A stretch of 64,000 nucleotides of DNA from an uncultured Shimia sp. Lineage in GTDB: Bacteria; Pseudomonadota; Alphaproteobacteria; Rhodobacterales; Rhodobacteraceae. Below are positions 18,341-26,445 of this stretch, in pieces. The DNA lies in contig CALCOY010000096.1 of the NCBI GenBank assembly GCA_937897325.1, forward strand, positions 31,755-95,754. Direction: 5' to 3'. The notes below the pieces were generated by a model. The model searched no databases. It was not told the DNA's origin and saw nothing but the letters and a program-made list of their open reading frames with translations. The translations under genes were made by a program, and so were the position numbers. Within the stretch, counting starts at the first letter, position 1. Every line of letters begins with the position of its first letter.

Positions 18341-18958
18341 ATGCCCCATGATCACCATGATGACGACCATCCCCATTCGCTGCTTCCGCCTGAACCCGCC
18401 CTGCGCGTTAAGGCGCTGGAGACCCTTCTTATCGAAAAAGGCCTGGTCGATCCCGCCGCTTTGGACGAGATCATCGAGACCTATTCGCACAAGATCGGAC
18501 CTCGCAATGGTGCGCGTGTCGTAGCGAGGGCCTGGTCCGACCCAGCCTTCAAGAAGGCCTTGCTGGAAGACGCAACTAAAGTTGTGGCCGAGCTAGGCTT
18601 TTTCGGACGTCAGGGTGAACACGTGGTGGCGGTCGAGAATACGAATGCGGTTCACAACATGATCGTTTGCACCCTTTGTTCCTGCTATCCCTGGCCGCTT
18701 TTGGGGATTCCGCCTGGGTGGTACAAATCCGATGCCTATCGCGCGCGTGCAGTTCGGGAACCACGGAAGGTCCTGGCGGAATTCGGTGTTCATCTGTCGG
18801 ATGAGACAGCAGTTCGTGTCTGGGATTCGACCGCTGAAATCCGATATCTGGTGATCCCGGAGCGCCCGGACGGCACCGACGATCTCGATGAGGGGGCCCT
18901 GCTGGAACTGGTGACCCGAGACTCTATGATTGGAACCGGATTGGCGAAAACACCATGA
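18341..18958 (+). CDS. nthA: Nitrile hydratase alpha subunit, cobalt-type signature
   Basis: The metal-binding motif [10 protein letters not shown] is present. Thr and Tyr in C(T)LCSC(Y) mark cobalt-type enzymes. The N-terminus ([13 protein letters not shown]) is His-rich. Confidence 0.9.
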   Translation: MPHDHHDDDHPHSLLPPEPALRVKALETLLIEKGLVDPAALDEIIETYSHKIGPRNGARVVARAWSDPAFKKALLEDATKVVAELGFFGRQGEHVVAVENTNAVHNMIVCTLCSCYPWPLLGIPPGWYKSDAYRARAVREPRKVLAEFGVHLSDETAVRVWDSTAEIRYLVIPERPDGTDDLDEGALLELVTRDSMIGTGLAKTP

Positions 18959-19629
18959 GCCGCGTGCATGACATGGGTGGACGATTTGGCGATGGCGCGG
19001 TTGTGCCCGAAGCCGAGGATGCCCCTTTGTTTGAGGAAGAATGGCATGCTCGTGCGCTCGCGATTACACTGGCTTGCGGCGCATTGGGGCATTGGAACAT
19101 CGATATCTCTCGCCATGCCCGTGAAAAGCTCGCGCCAAGGGATTATGCGAAGTTCACCTATTATGAGAAGTGGACAGCCGCTTTAGCTGACTTGCTGGTC
19201 GAAACGGATTTGCTGAGCACAGATGAATTTCTGGCCGGTGCGGCCAAAGGCAAAAGCCCAATGGCAGGGCGCGTCTGGAAGGCCGAGGCGGTGGCTGAGG
19301 GTCTGGCCCGTGGCGCACCGGCGGACCGTCAAAGCGACATCCCCGCACAATTCAAATCGGGCGATCCAGTTCAGACCCGGGCGGCCGGCAATCTGCTGGT
19401 GGATGGCGGACATACGCGGCTGCCAGGTTATGCGGCAAAGGCCAAAGGTTATGTGGTCCGTTTGCATGGCACGCATGTTCTGCCGGACAGCGCCGCACAC
19501 CGTCTTGGCGATGCGGCACAGCCGCTTTATGCAGTGGCGTTCAGGGCGTCGGAGTTGTGGCACGCGCCGGAAGATCCCGATGATGAGGTGGTTCTGGATC
19601 TTTGGCAAAGTTATTTGATGCCGCTATGA
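18955..19629 (+). CDS. nthB: Nitrile hydratase beta subunit
   Basis: [12 protein letters not shown]...[11 protein letters not shown] is the typical beta-subunit N-terminus. The start overlaps the alpha-subunit stop (ATGA). Confidence 0.9.
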   Translation: MSRVHDMGGRFGDGAVVPEAEDAPLFEEEWHARALAITLACGALGHWNIDISRHAREKLAPRDYAKFTYYEKWTAALADLLVETDLLSTDEFLAGAAKGKSPMAGRVWKAEAVAEGLARGAPADRQSDIPAQFKSGDPVQTRAAGNLLVDGGHTRLPGYAAKAKGYVVRLHGTHVLPDSAAHRLGDAAQPLYAVAFRASELWHAPEDPDDEVVLDLWQSYLMPL

Positions 19630-19961
19630 AAGACCTGCCCGATCCCGTTTTTTCCGAACCTTGGCACGCGCACATCTTCGCCATGACCGTTCATCTGAGT
19701 GAAGCGAAGTTGTTCACTTGGCCTGATTGGGCCGACGCGTTTTCCCAAACGCTCAGACGCTATGGCCTCACAAAGACACTGGATGGCGGGAATGACTATT
19801 ATCTGGCGTGGCTCGAAACGTTGGAAGGCTTTCTCAAGGGTCACGGCGTTTCGCCTGAAAAAGTGGAGGAGGTCAGGCAGGCGTGGGAGACTGCCTACCT
19901 GACCACCCCACATGGCACACCGGTCCGTTTACCCAGATCAGGCCCGCGCGCGCGTCTCTGA
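19626..19961 (+). CDS. Nitrile hydratase accessory (activator) protein
   Basis: PVFSEPWHAHIFAMTVHLSE resembles the beta-like NHase accessory family. The ATG at 19626 overlaps the beta-subunit stop (ATGA). Confidence 0.7.
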   Translation: MKDLPDPVFSEPWHAHIFAMTVHLSEAKLFTWPDWADAFSQTLRRYGLTKTLDGGNDYYLAWLETLEGFLKGHGVSPEKVEEVRQAWETAYLTTPHGTPVRLPRSGPRARL

Positions 19962-20848
19962 CGATGTAATTGGGCTGCATCGTCTAAGATGCGTTTTGCG
20001 ATGTCGATACTGCAGACCGCTTCGACCCCCTCGAAACCGGGCGAGGAGTTCACTTCGCACACAAGATAGCTTTCTTCGCCGCATAAAAGGTCAACGCCTG
20101 CAAAGTCGAGCCGCATTGCCCTGGCCGCAGCTTCGGAAAGTGAAACGATGTCTTCGCTCAACGGCACTGCAATGGGGTGCCCGCCCTGGGCGAGATTTGA
20201 ACGAAAGTCACCATCGGCACCGCGCCGTTCGATGGCTGCAATGGCCCGCCCGCCCGAAATCAGAACGCGGATGTCCCGACCGAAGCTGCTTGCGATGAAA
20301 TCCTGCACGATGAGGGGGCTGCGTCCTGGCATCGACGCGGCAGCCTCAAGCAGTGCCTCTTTGGAATGACACAATGCGACGCGTTTGCCCTGACTGCCTT
20401 TCGCGCGCTTGAGCACGATTGGATAGATGAGTTTATCAAGATTGCCCATGACGTCTGACAGCGCTTGTGTCCGTGGGGTGGGCAGCCCGGCCTCGGTAAG
20501 CTTTCGGGCCGAGCGTAGCTTGTCGCCCGCGCGTCGCAATTGGGAGGTTCTGGGAAACACGCTAACGCCGGCCGCCTGACAGACGCGGAGCAGGTTTTGC
20601 CCATTGATCCCCATGTTTGCGCCCGATCGTGCGATCACGAAATCGGGCAGGGGACGCTTGGTTGCCAAACGCTCCGGGTGCTCCGCATCCAGCAGGTTGG
20701 GAGCCATCAAGTTGGGGTCCACGATTTCAACGAGACAGCGCGCGGCACCCGCTGCCTCAAGAAACCGGCGGTTGGTATATTTTGTGAGTGGTGGTGCCGA
20801 TTTGACCGGAAAGATCAGCCAGGCATGGGAAAAGCGTTCATGTTTCAT
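19895..20848 (-). CDS. RimK-family ATP-grasp alpha-L-glutamate ligase-like protein
   Basis: The 317-aa product has ATP-grasp features (IVLKRAKGSQGKRV, IVQDFI, GRDIRVLISGG, GDFRSNLAQGG, GVDLL...VCEVNSSPG). Its ATG overlaps the stop of the upstream membrane-protein gene. Confidence 0.8.
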   Translation of the reverse strand: MKHERFSHAWLIFPVKSAPPLTKYTNRRFLEAAGAARCLVEIVDPNLMAPNLLDAEHPERLATKRPLPDFVIARSGANMGINGQNLLRVCQAAGVSVFPRTSQLRRAGDKLRSARKLTEAGLPTPRTQALSDVMGNLDKLIYPIVLKRAKGSQGKRVALCHSKEALLEAAASMPGRSPLIVQDFIASSFGRDIRVLISGGRAIAAIERRGADGDFRSNLAQGGHPIAVPLSEDIVSLSEAAARAMRLDFAGVDLLCGEESYLVCEVNSSPGFEGVEAVCSIDIAKRILDDAAQLHRQRRARGPDLGKRTGVPCGVVR

Positions 20849-21240
20849 TCGTCCACATCATCCATATCCGCCTGGCCGGAAACACGGCGGCGCACATGGC
20901 TCCAGTTGAGGCCGACGCCCAGAACCGCAGATAATGCGATAAGACCCAGCCAGGTGTTGAGGTTGGAATTGCCCGGATCGAACAGGCCTAAATCGTAGGC
21001 GACCCACAGGATTGACCCCGCAATGGCGAGGACAAGTGTCATACCGAAGACCCCGATGGAGCGTAGCGTGGCACGCAGGTAGATGATGTATCCCACGACC
21101 AGCACAAGGCCCGTCAGCACGGCAATCGACAGGTTCTGGCTGCCATGATCCATCACCCATTGCACGTAGTTGTAGGGTGTTGGATTGTAGGTCAGTCCCA
21201 GCAGAACCAGCGCCAAAAGCCATCTCGTCAAAAATCCCAT
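20845..21240 (-). CDS. Small integral membrane protein (4 predicted TM) with acidic C-terminal tail ending in Glu
   Basis: The 131-aa product has four hydrophobic segments, then HVRRRVSGQADMDDVDE-stop. I recognise no enzymatic motif. Confidence 0.6.
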   Translation of the reverse strand: MGFLTRWLLALVLLGLTYNPTPYNYVQWVMDHGSQNLSIAVLTGLVLVVGYIIYLRATLRSIGVFGMTLVLAIAGSILWVAYDLGLFDPGNSNLNTWLGLIALSAVLGVGLNWSHVRRRVSGQADMDDVDE

Positions 21241-21407
21241 GATGTGTCTCGATCCGTCGTGATGTGAATTCTAGGCGGCTTACCCGAAGCGCGCCTATTG
21301 GCGAAGCGTTTATCTCCGCTTTCAGACGTCATCTAATCCTGAGTTTAGGTGTTTCGCCTCGCGAAATGGGTCGTTATACGGGCGCGGGTTCACAAAAGAG
21401 GTATCTC

Positions 21408-22700
21408 ATGGCCAATGTGGTGGTTGTCGGCGCGCAATGGGGCGACGAGGGCAAAGGCAAGATTGTCGATTGGCTGAGCGAGCGGGCGGACGTGATCGCG
21501 CGCTTTCAGGGCGGTCATAATGCCGGTCACACGCTGGTCATTGATGGCGAGGTCTTCAAGCTGAGCATTCTGCCCTCGGGCATTGTGCGCAGCGGCAAGC
21601 TGAGCGTTATCGGCAATGGCGTGGTTCTCGACCCCTGGCATTTGATCACGGAGATTGATCAGTTGCGCGCGCAGGGGGTCACGATCACGCCGGAAACGCT
21701 GATGATCGCCGAGAACACAACTTTGATTCTACCGGTCCACGGAGAGCTTGACCGAGCGCGTGAGGCTCAGAATTCAGTGGCCAAGATCGGCACGACGGGG
21801 CGCGGCGTCGGTCCCGCCTATGAAGACAAGGTCGGGCGCCGGGCCATTCGCGTAGCCGATCTGGCCGATGATGCGACCCTTCAGGTGCGTGTCGATCGGG
21901 CGCTTGTCCATCACAACGCCTTACGCAATGGCCTTGGGTTGAACGCGATCGACCGGAATGCACTGTTGGACCAACTGCGCGAGATCGGATCGAAGATCCT
22001 GGAATACGCCGCACCGGTTTGGAAAGTGCTGAATGATCAGCGCAAGTCGGGCAAGCGGATCCTCTTCGAAGGCGCGCAGGGATCGTTGCTCGACATCGAT
22101 TTTGGGACATACCCATTCGTTACGTCATCAAACGTCATCGCAGGGCAGGCGGCAACCGGCACGGGCATCGGCCCCGGATCGATCGACTTTGTGTTGGGTA
22201 TCGTCAAGGCCTACACCACCAGAGTGGGCGAGGGGCCTTTCCCAGCCGAGCTTGAGGATGCCGACGGCCAAATGCTGGGCGAGCGGGGGCATGAATTTGG
22301 CACAGTGACGGGGCGCAAGCGGCGTTGCGGCTGGTTTGATGCGGTGCTGGTCCGGCAGACCTGTGCGACTTCCGGTGTGAACGGCATCGCGTTCACCAAG
22401 CTCGACGTGCTTGACGGCTTCGACACGCTGAAAATCTGCGTTGGGTACGAACTTGATGGGGAACGTATGGATTACTTGCCCATTGCCGCCGATCATCAAG
22501 CGCGCTGCAAACCGATTTACGAAGAAATCGATGGCTGGTCGGAATCGACCGAGGGTGCCCGCAGCTGGGCGGATCTGCCTGCGAATGCGATCAAATACGT
22601 CCGTCGGGTGGAAGAGTTGATCGAATGCCCGGTTGCCCTACTTTCGACATCACCAGAGCGGGAAGACACGATCCTCGTGCGGGATCCATTTAATGACTAG
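21408..22700 (+). CDS. purA: Adenylosuccinate synthase
   Basis: The start is at [21 protein letters not shown]. The GGHNAGHT and [11 protein letters not shown] motifs are present. The product is 430 aa. Confidence 0.95.
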   Translation: MANVVVVGAQWGDEGKGKIVDWLSERADVIARFQGGHNAGHTLVIDGEVFKLSILPSGIVRSGKLSVIGNGVVLDPWHLITEIDQLRAQGVTITPETLMIAENTTLILPVHGELDRAREAQNSVAKIGTTGRGVGPAYEDKVGRRAIRVADLADDATLQVRVDRALVHHNALRNGLGLNAIDRNALLDQLREIGSKILEYAAPVWKVLNDQRKSGKRILFEGAQGSLLDIDFGTYPFVTSSNVIAGQAATGTGIGPGSIDFVLGIVKAYTTRVGEGPFPAELEDADGQMLGERGHEFGTVTGRKRRCGWFDAVLVRQTCATSGVNGIAFTKLDVLDGFDTLKICVGYELDGERMDYLPIAADHQARCKPIYEEIDGWSESTEGARSWADLPANAIKYVRRVEELIECPVALLSTSPEREDTILVRDPFND

Positions 22701-22709
22701 GAAGGTTCG

Positions 22710-22937
22710 ATGGCACTCAGCTACAAGGCGCGTAAGGGGCTTGCCCTTTTGATCCTACTGGTCGGGCTGCCGATCTATGTGGTTGTTGCGGTCAATCTCA
22801 TCGATCTTTTTGACCGGCCGCCGATACTGGTTGAGCTTCTGATCTATCTCAGCCTTGGCGTGATCTGGGCATTGCCCTTCAGGACCATATTCCGAGGGAT
22901 CGGGCAGGAAGATCCCGATGCCCGCAAAAGCGACTGA
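22710..22937 (+). CDS. Small two-TM membrane protein (DUF2842-like)
   Basis: The 75-aa product has two hydrophobic helices. A good Shine-Dalgarno (AGGAAGG) lies upstream. This position after purA is common in alphaproteobacteria, as far as I recall. Confidence 0.6.
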   Translation: MALSYKARKGLALLILLVGLPIYVVVAVNLIDLFDRPPILVELLIYLSLGVIWALPFRTIFRGIGQEDPDARKSD

Positions 22938-22960
22938 GACCCCTAGCGGGCGTTCCGAGG

Positions 22961-24640
22961 TCAGCCTGCCGCGCGCGTGCCGGGGCGAAAGCCGATGTCA
23001 CTGGTCACCGAAAACCGCCCGCCTTCGACTTTTGTGATCTTGCCCGTGCGCAGCAATTGACCAAAAGATCTAAGTCCGTCCTCGCGGCTGAATTCGACGC
23101 TGCGGGCTTCACGCGCCTTGCTCATCAGTTGCGGGCGCGAGAATTGCTCCTGTCCTTCCACGAATGACATGTAAGAGGCTGCCGCTTCAAGCAGATCGGG
23201 CATGTGATCGGCCTCCATCTGATGCGCGAAGTCAGCAAAACCACCGCCGACAGCCCTGCTTTTTACGCGGTTGGCGTCGGGGGTATCGGATGCATCAACG
23301 CGTTGTTCAGCCACCAGCGTCAGGGGGGTCGGTGGTTTTTTTGCGTTGGACTCGTCGAATTCACCTACGCTTACATTGGGACGGCGTGGACGCACGACGC
23401 TTTCGAGGTCGGACCGATAAGCGCCATCTCCGCTTTCACGACTGGTGTCATCCGTTATCTTGCGGTCGGCGCGCCGCGCTGCGACGGCCGCCTTGAGATG
23501 CGCAAATGCGCTGCGACGGCTAGAGCTTTCGGGCTCTCCCATCTGGGTCTCGGCCTCGTCCATCAGGCGATTGACATCGTCTGCATTGACCTCAAGACGT
23601 GGACGTGTCGGCGTGCGGCCGACCTCGACATTTTCGGGTTCAACATCTTCGGCAATTTGTTCCTCGGCCTCGGTGACGTCCCGTTGATCCATGTCGTTTT
23701 CAACGGGCTCGACCGCTTTCGTTGCGAGGGGCGCGTCGTCTGTCATTTGCTTGGCCTTCATGGCGCGCAGCATTTGTGACATCGCTTTCTTTGGTGCGGG
23801 TGCAGGCGCTTCTTCTTCTACGAAGATGTTGTCCTCGGATGCGGGGGCGTCAGCCCGCTTGCTCAACAGCGCCGAGAGTTCGTCGATGGGAGCCTCGTCT
23901 TCCTGCGGTTCTTCAGCAGGCTCCTCTACCGCCTCCTCAAGGGCTTCGTCTGCTTCAGCAGTCTCAATCAGATCCGCGTCTTCTAGTTGGTCTGTCGCAT
24001 TTTTTTCATCAGTCTCCGAGACGGTCGACAAGACGCCAAGAACGTTCTTTTCGGTGTCATCTTCGGCGGATTCGGCAGACAGGACATTTTCGACTGCCGC
24101 GTCGTCATGCTGGAGTGCGGCTTCAAGATCCCGCGTGGTTGCGCTGATGAGATCTTCGGGCTCGTCATCCTCTGCTTCAACTTCGTCGAGATCGGCTTTC
24201 GGTTCATCGGTCTGCTGTGCGACGACGGCCCGGATACGGCTGAGGCGTTCGGCGATGCTTTCGGGGGCTGGTGTCTCTTCCACGACCTCGTGCACGTCCA
24301 CGTCTTCGGTGGTGTCAGGGGCGTCCACAGCCTCTGTTTCTTCGTCCTGTGCCAGATCGACCATTTCGTCGGGACGTTCATCTTCGATCGACAAATCCTC
24401 ATCGACAAGTGCTGAAACAAGAACGATCCGATCGCCTTCGACTTCGGCCGCAATGCCGGATGCGCCCATCCGTTCTGCAATCTCGACCAGCAGATCCATA
24501 TCCGGCGTTTCGCCCGGGTTTTCCTCTGTCAGATCATAGAGATATTCGGCAATCGGCTTTAGAGCATCGAAAGCGCCGTCGAAATCCTCTAAGGAGCATG
24601 AGAGATTGCCATAAGAAACAGTGAGAACATTCGTCTTCAT
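22961..24640 (-). CDS. Highly acidic, largely low-complexity protein with ordered N- and C-terminal domains (conserved hypothetical)
   Basis: The ORF is about 560 aa, with the start at ATG 24640 or 24670. The central region of about 400 aa is rich in Asp, Glu, Ala and Pro. The ends look globular (MKTNVLTVSYGNLSCSLEDFDG at the N-terminus, FSRPQLMSKARE...GKITKVEGGRFSV at the C-terminus). Confidence 0.6.
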   Translation of the reverse strand: MKTNVLTVSYGNLSCSLEDFDGAFDALKPIAEYLYDLTEENPGETPDMDLLVEIAERMGASGIAAEVEGDRIVLVSALVDEDLSIEDERPDEMVDLAQDEETEAVDAPDTTEDVDVHEVVEETPAPESIAERLSRIRAVVAQQTDEPKADLDEVEAEDDEPEDLISATTRDLEAALQHDDAAVENVLSAESAEDDTEKNVLGVLSTVSETDEKNATDQLEDADLIETAEADEALEEAVEEPAEEPQEDEAPIDELSALLSKRADAPASEDNIFVEEEAPAPAPKKAMSQMLRAMKAKQMTDDAPLATKAVEPVENDMDQRDVTEAEEQIAEDVEPENVEVGRTPTRPRLEVNADDVNRLMDEAETQMGEPESSSRRSAFAHLKAAVAARRADRKITDDTSRESGDGAYRSDLESVVRPRRPNVSVGEFDESNAKKPPTPLTLVAEQRVDASDTPDANRVKSRAVGGGFADFAHQMEADHMPDLLEAAASYMSFVEGQEQFSRPQLMSKAREARSVEFSREDGLRSFGQLLRTGKITKVEGGRFSVTSDIGFRPGTRAAG

Positions 24641-24787
24641 GAGGATGCGTATCCTTTGCCGATCGTCCAAGCCTCATACCAGCGCGGGCCGGGCAGAAGC
24701 GGCCCGAATCTTTGCCAAGATAGGTATTTTTTCATGGCGAAATTGTGATTTGTTTCCCTTCTCCAATGTAATCAAGGCCTTATTCCG

Positions 24788-25498
24788 ATGATTGTCCATG
24801 AAAAAGTGCCGGTTACGCTGATCGGCGGAGGGATTGTGCACGATCTGGACATAAAAGACGCGGTTTCGCTGGCGCCAATTTGTGTCGCAGCCGACGGAGG
24901 GGCGGATGTGGCGTTGGCGTCAGGGGTTGAACTGGCCGCCGTGATTGGTGATTTCGACAGTATCTCGCCGGAGACGCAGGCCACACTCCCGCAGCATCTT
25001 CAGCACCGCATCGTGGAACAGGAAAGCACCGATTTTGATAAAGCCTTGCGTAACATCGACGCGCCACTTGTCCTTGCCATCGGCTTTTCGGGCGGGCGTT
25101 TCGATCATCAACTGGCGGTACTTTCGGTTCTTGCGGCCTACCCGGACCGGTCATGCATTCTGGTGGGGCAGACTGAACTGACCCTTCTGTGCCCACCCGT
25201 CCTTGATCTGTCATTGGATCCGGGCAGCGTCGTGTCGCTTTTTCCGCTCGGCCCTGTGCAGGGAACTTCAACGGGGCTCGAATGGCCAATTGATGGTCTG
25301 CATTTTGACCCGCTGGGTCGTATCGGCACGTCGAACCGTGCGATGGGACCGGTCCACTTGGAAGTGGACGCTCCGCATATGATTTGTTTTTTGCCGCGGG
25401 AGGTTTTGCCAAACCTTATGCAGGCGCTGGCTCAGGCGCCGCGTTCCGCGCAATGGCCCGCTCGCGCAGTACGATGTAAAGACCAGCACCAATCGTGA
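24788..25498 (+). CDS. Thiamine diphosphokinase
   Basis: VAADGGA...VIGDFDSI...STDFDKAL...GGRFDH are TPK catalytic-domain motifs. Confidence 0.8.
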   Translation: MIVHEKVPVTLIGGGIVHDLDIKDAVSLAPICVAADGGADVALASGVELAAVIGDFDSISPETQATLPQHLQHRIVEQESTDFDKALRNIDAPLVLAIGFSGGRFDHQLAVLSVLAAYPDRSCILVGQTELTLLCPPVLDLSLDPGSVVSLFPLGPVQGTSTGLEWPIDGLHFDPLGRIGTSNRAMGPVHLEVDAPHMICFLPREVLPNLMQALAQAPRSAQWPARAVRCKDQHQS

Positions 25499-26333
25499 TC
25501 GCAATGCCTGATGCGGCCATCACATTTGGGAGATCCGAAAAGACCAGAAAGCCCAAGATCGTAGCGATGGGGATCTCGAGATATTGCATTGGGGCGAGCG
25601 TTGCAGAGGGCGCATAGCGCAATGACCAAGTCATCAGCAGATGCGCGAGTGTGCCAAGGACCCCAATGCCCGCCAGCAAGGTCCATTCCCAGGTATCGGG
25701 TCGGATCACCGTGAGCACGGCGACATCACTGCCGGAAAACAGCAGCAGGATAGGCAGCATCAATCCGACGGCCATCACGCCACTAACCGCCTGAAGTCCG
25801 ATCGGGTCGGTTTCCTTCGCGATCTGGCGCGTGACGAGCATGAAAAACGAAAAGTTGACTGCCACGAAAAGCGGCAGAAGGGCGGGCCAGCCAACCTCGG
25901 CAAAGCTGGGCTGCACGACCAGCAACGTGCCAATAAATCCCACGATACAGGCCAAAAGCCGCCGCGCGCCCACTTCCTCTTTCAAGACGTACTTGCCCAG
26001 CAGCAGCATGATGAAGGGCATAACGAACGCGATGGCAACAGCATCGGCCAGGGGCAGGTATTGAAGGGCGGTGAACATTGCTCCGATTCCGATGATATGC
26101 AGAAGCGTCCGCACGAATGTGAGGCGCAAGACCCGACCGCGCATCCGCCATGCCCGGCGCGTGGCCCAGACGAGCGGGATGAGAATAATGGCCTGAACGC
26201 CGAAGCGCACCAGCAAAAGCTGGCCAAGCGGGATGGACTCGCCCAGCAATTTCGCAACGGCATCGCCCATCGGGGCGACGAGACAAAAGCCAAGCATCAA
26301 AAGGATGCCGAGAAGGGGACGGTCCTGAGCCAT
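25416..26333 (-). CDS. DMT-superfamily (EamA-like) transporter
   Basis: The product has about 10 TM segments in two EamA-type repeats. The start is ATG 26333 or GTG 26369. Confidence 0.78.
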   Translation of the reverse strand: MAQDRPLLGILLMLGFCLVAPMGDAVAKLLGESIPLGQLLLVRFGVQAIILIPLVWATRRAWRMRGRVLRLTFVRTLLHIIGIGAMFTALQYLPLADAVAIAFVMPFIMLLLGKYVLKEEVGARRLLACIVGFIGTLLVVQPSFAEVGWPALLPLFVAVNFSFFMLVTRQIAKETDPIGLQAVSGVMAVGLMLPILLLFSGSDVAVLTVIRPDTWEWTLLAGIGVLGTLAHLLMTWSLRYAPSATLAPMQYLEIPIATILGFLVFSDLPNVMAASGIAITIGAGLYIVLRERAIARNAAPEPAPA

Positions 26334-26445
26334 TGGCAAAAGGTATTTCCTAGCGCGCCCCAGGTCCACGCGGGACTTGGGGCATCACCTGACGCTATAA
26401 GGCGTCATATTGGCGGGGGTCAGAGCCTGGTCAAAGACAGATTGT

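Noticed and set aside
23691-24539. A 282-aa Ser-rich plus-strand ORF. A similar 218-aa Ser-rich ORF lies at 43906-44562 on the minus strand.
   Set aside because: Both are complements of GAx/GAC-rich acidic coding regions (the acidic protein and the FtsY A-domain). Poly-Ser frames are the expected antisense artefact.
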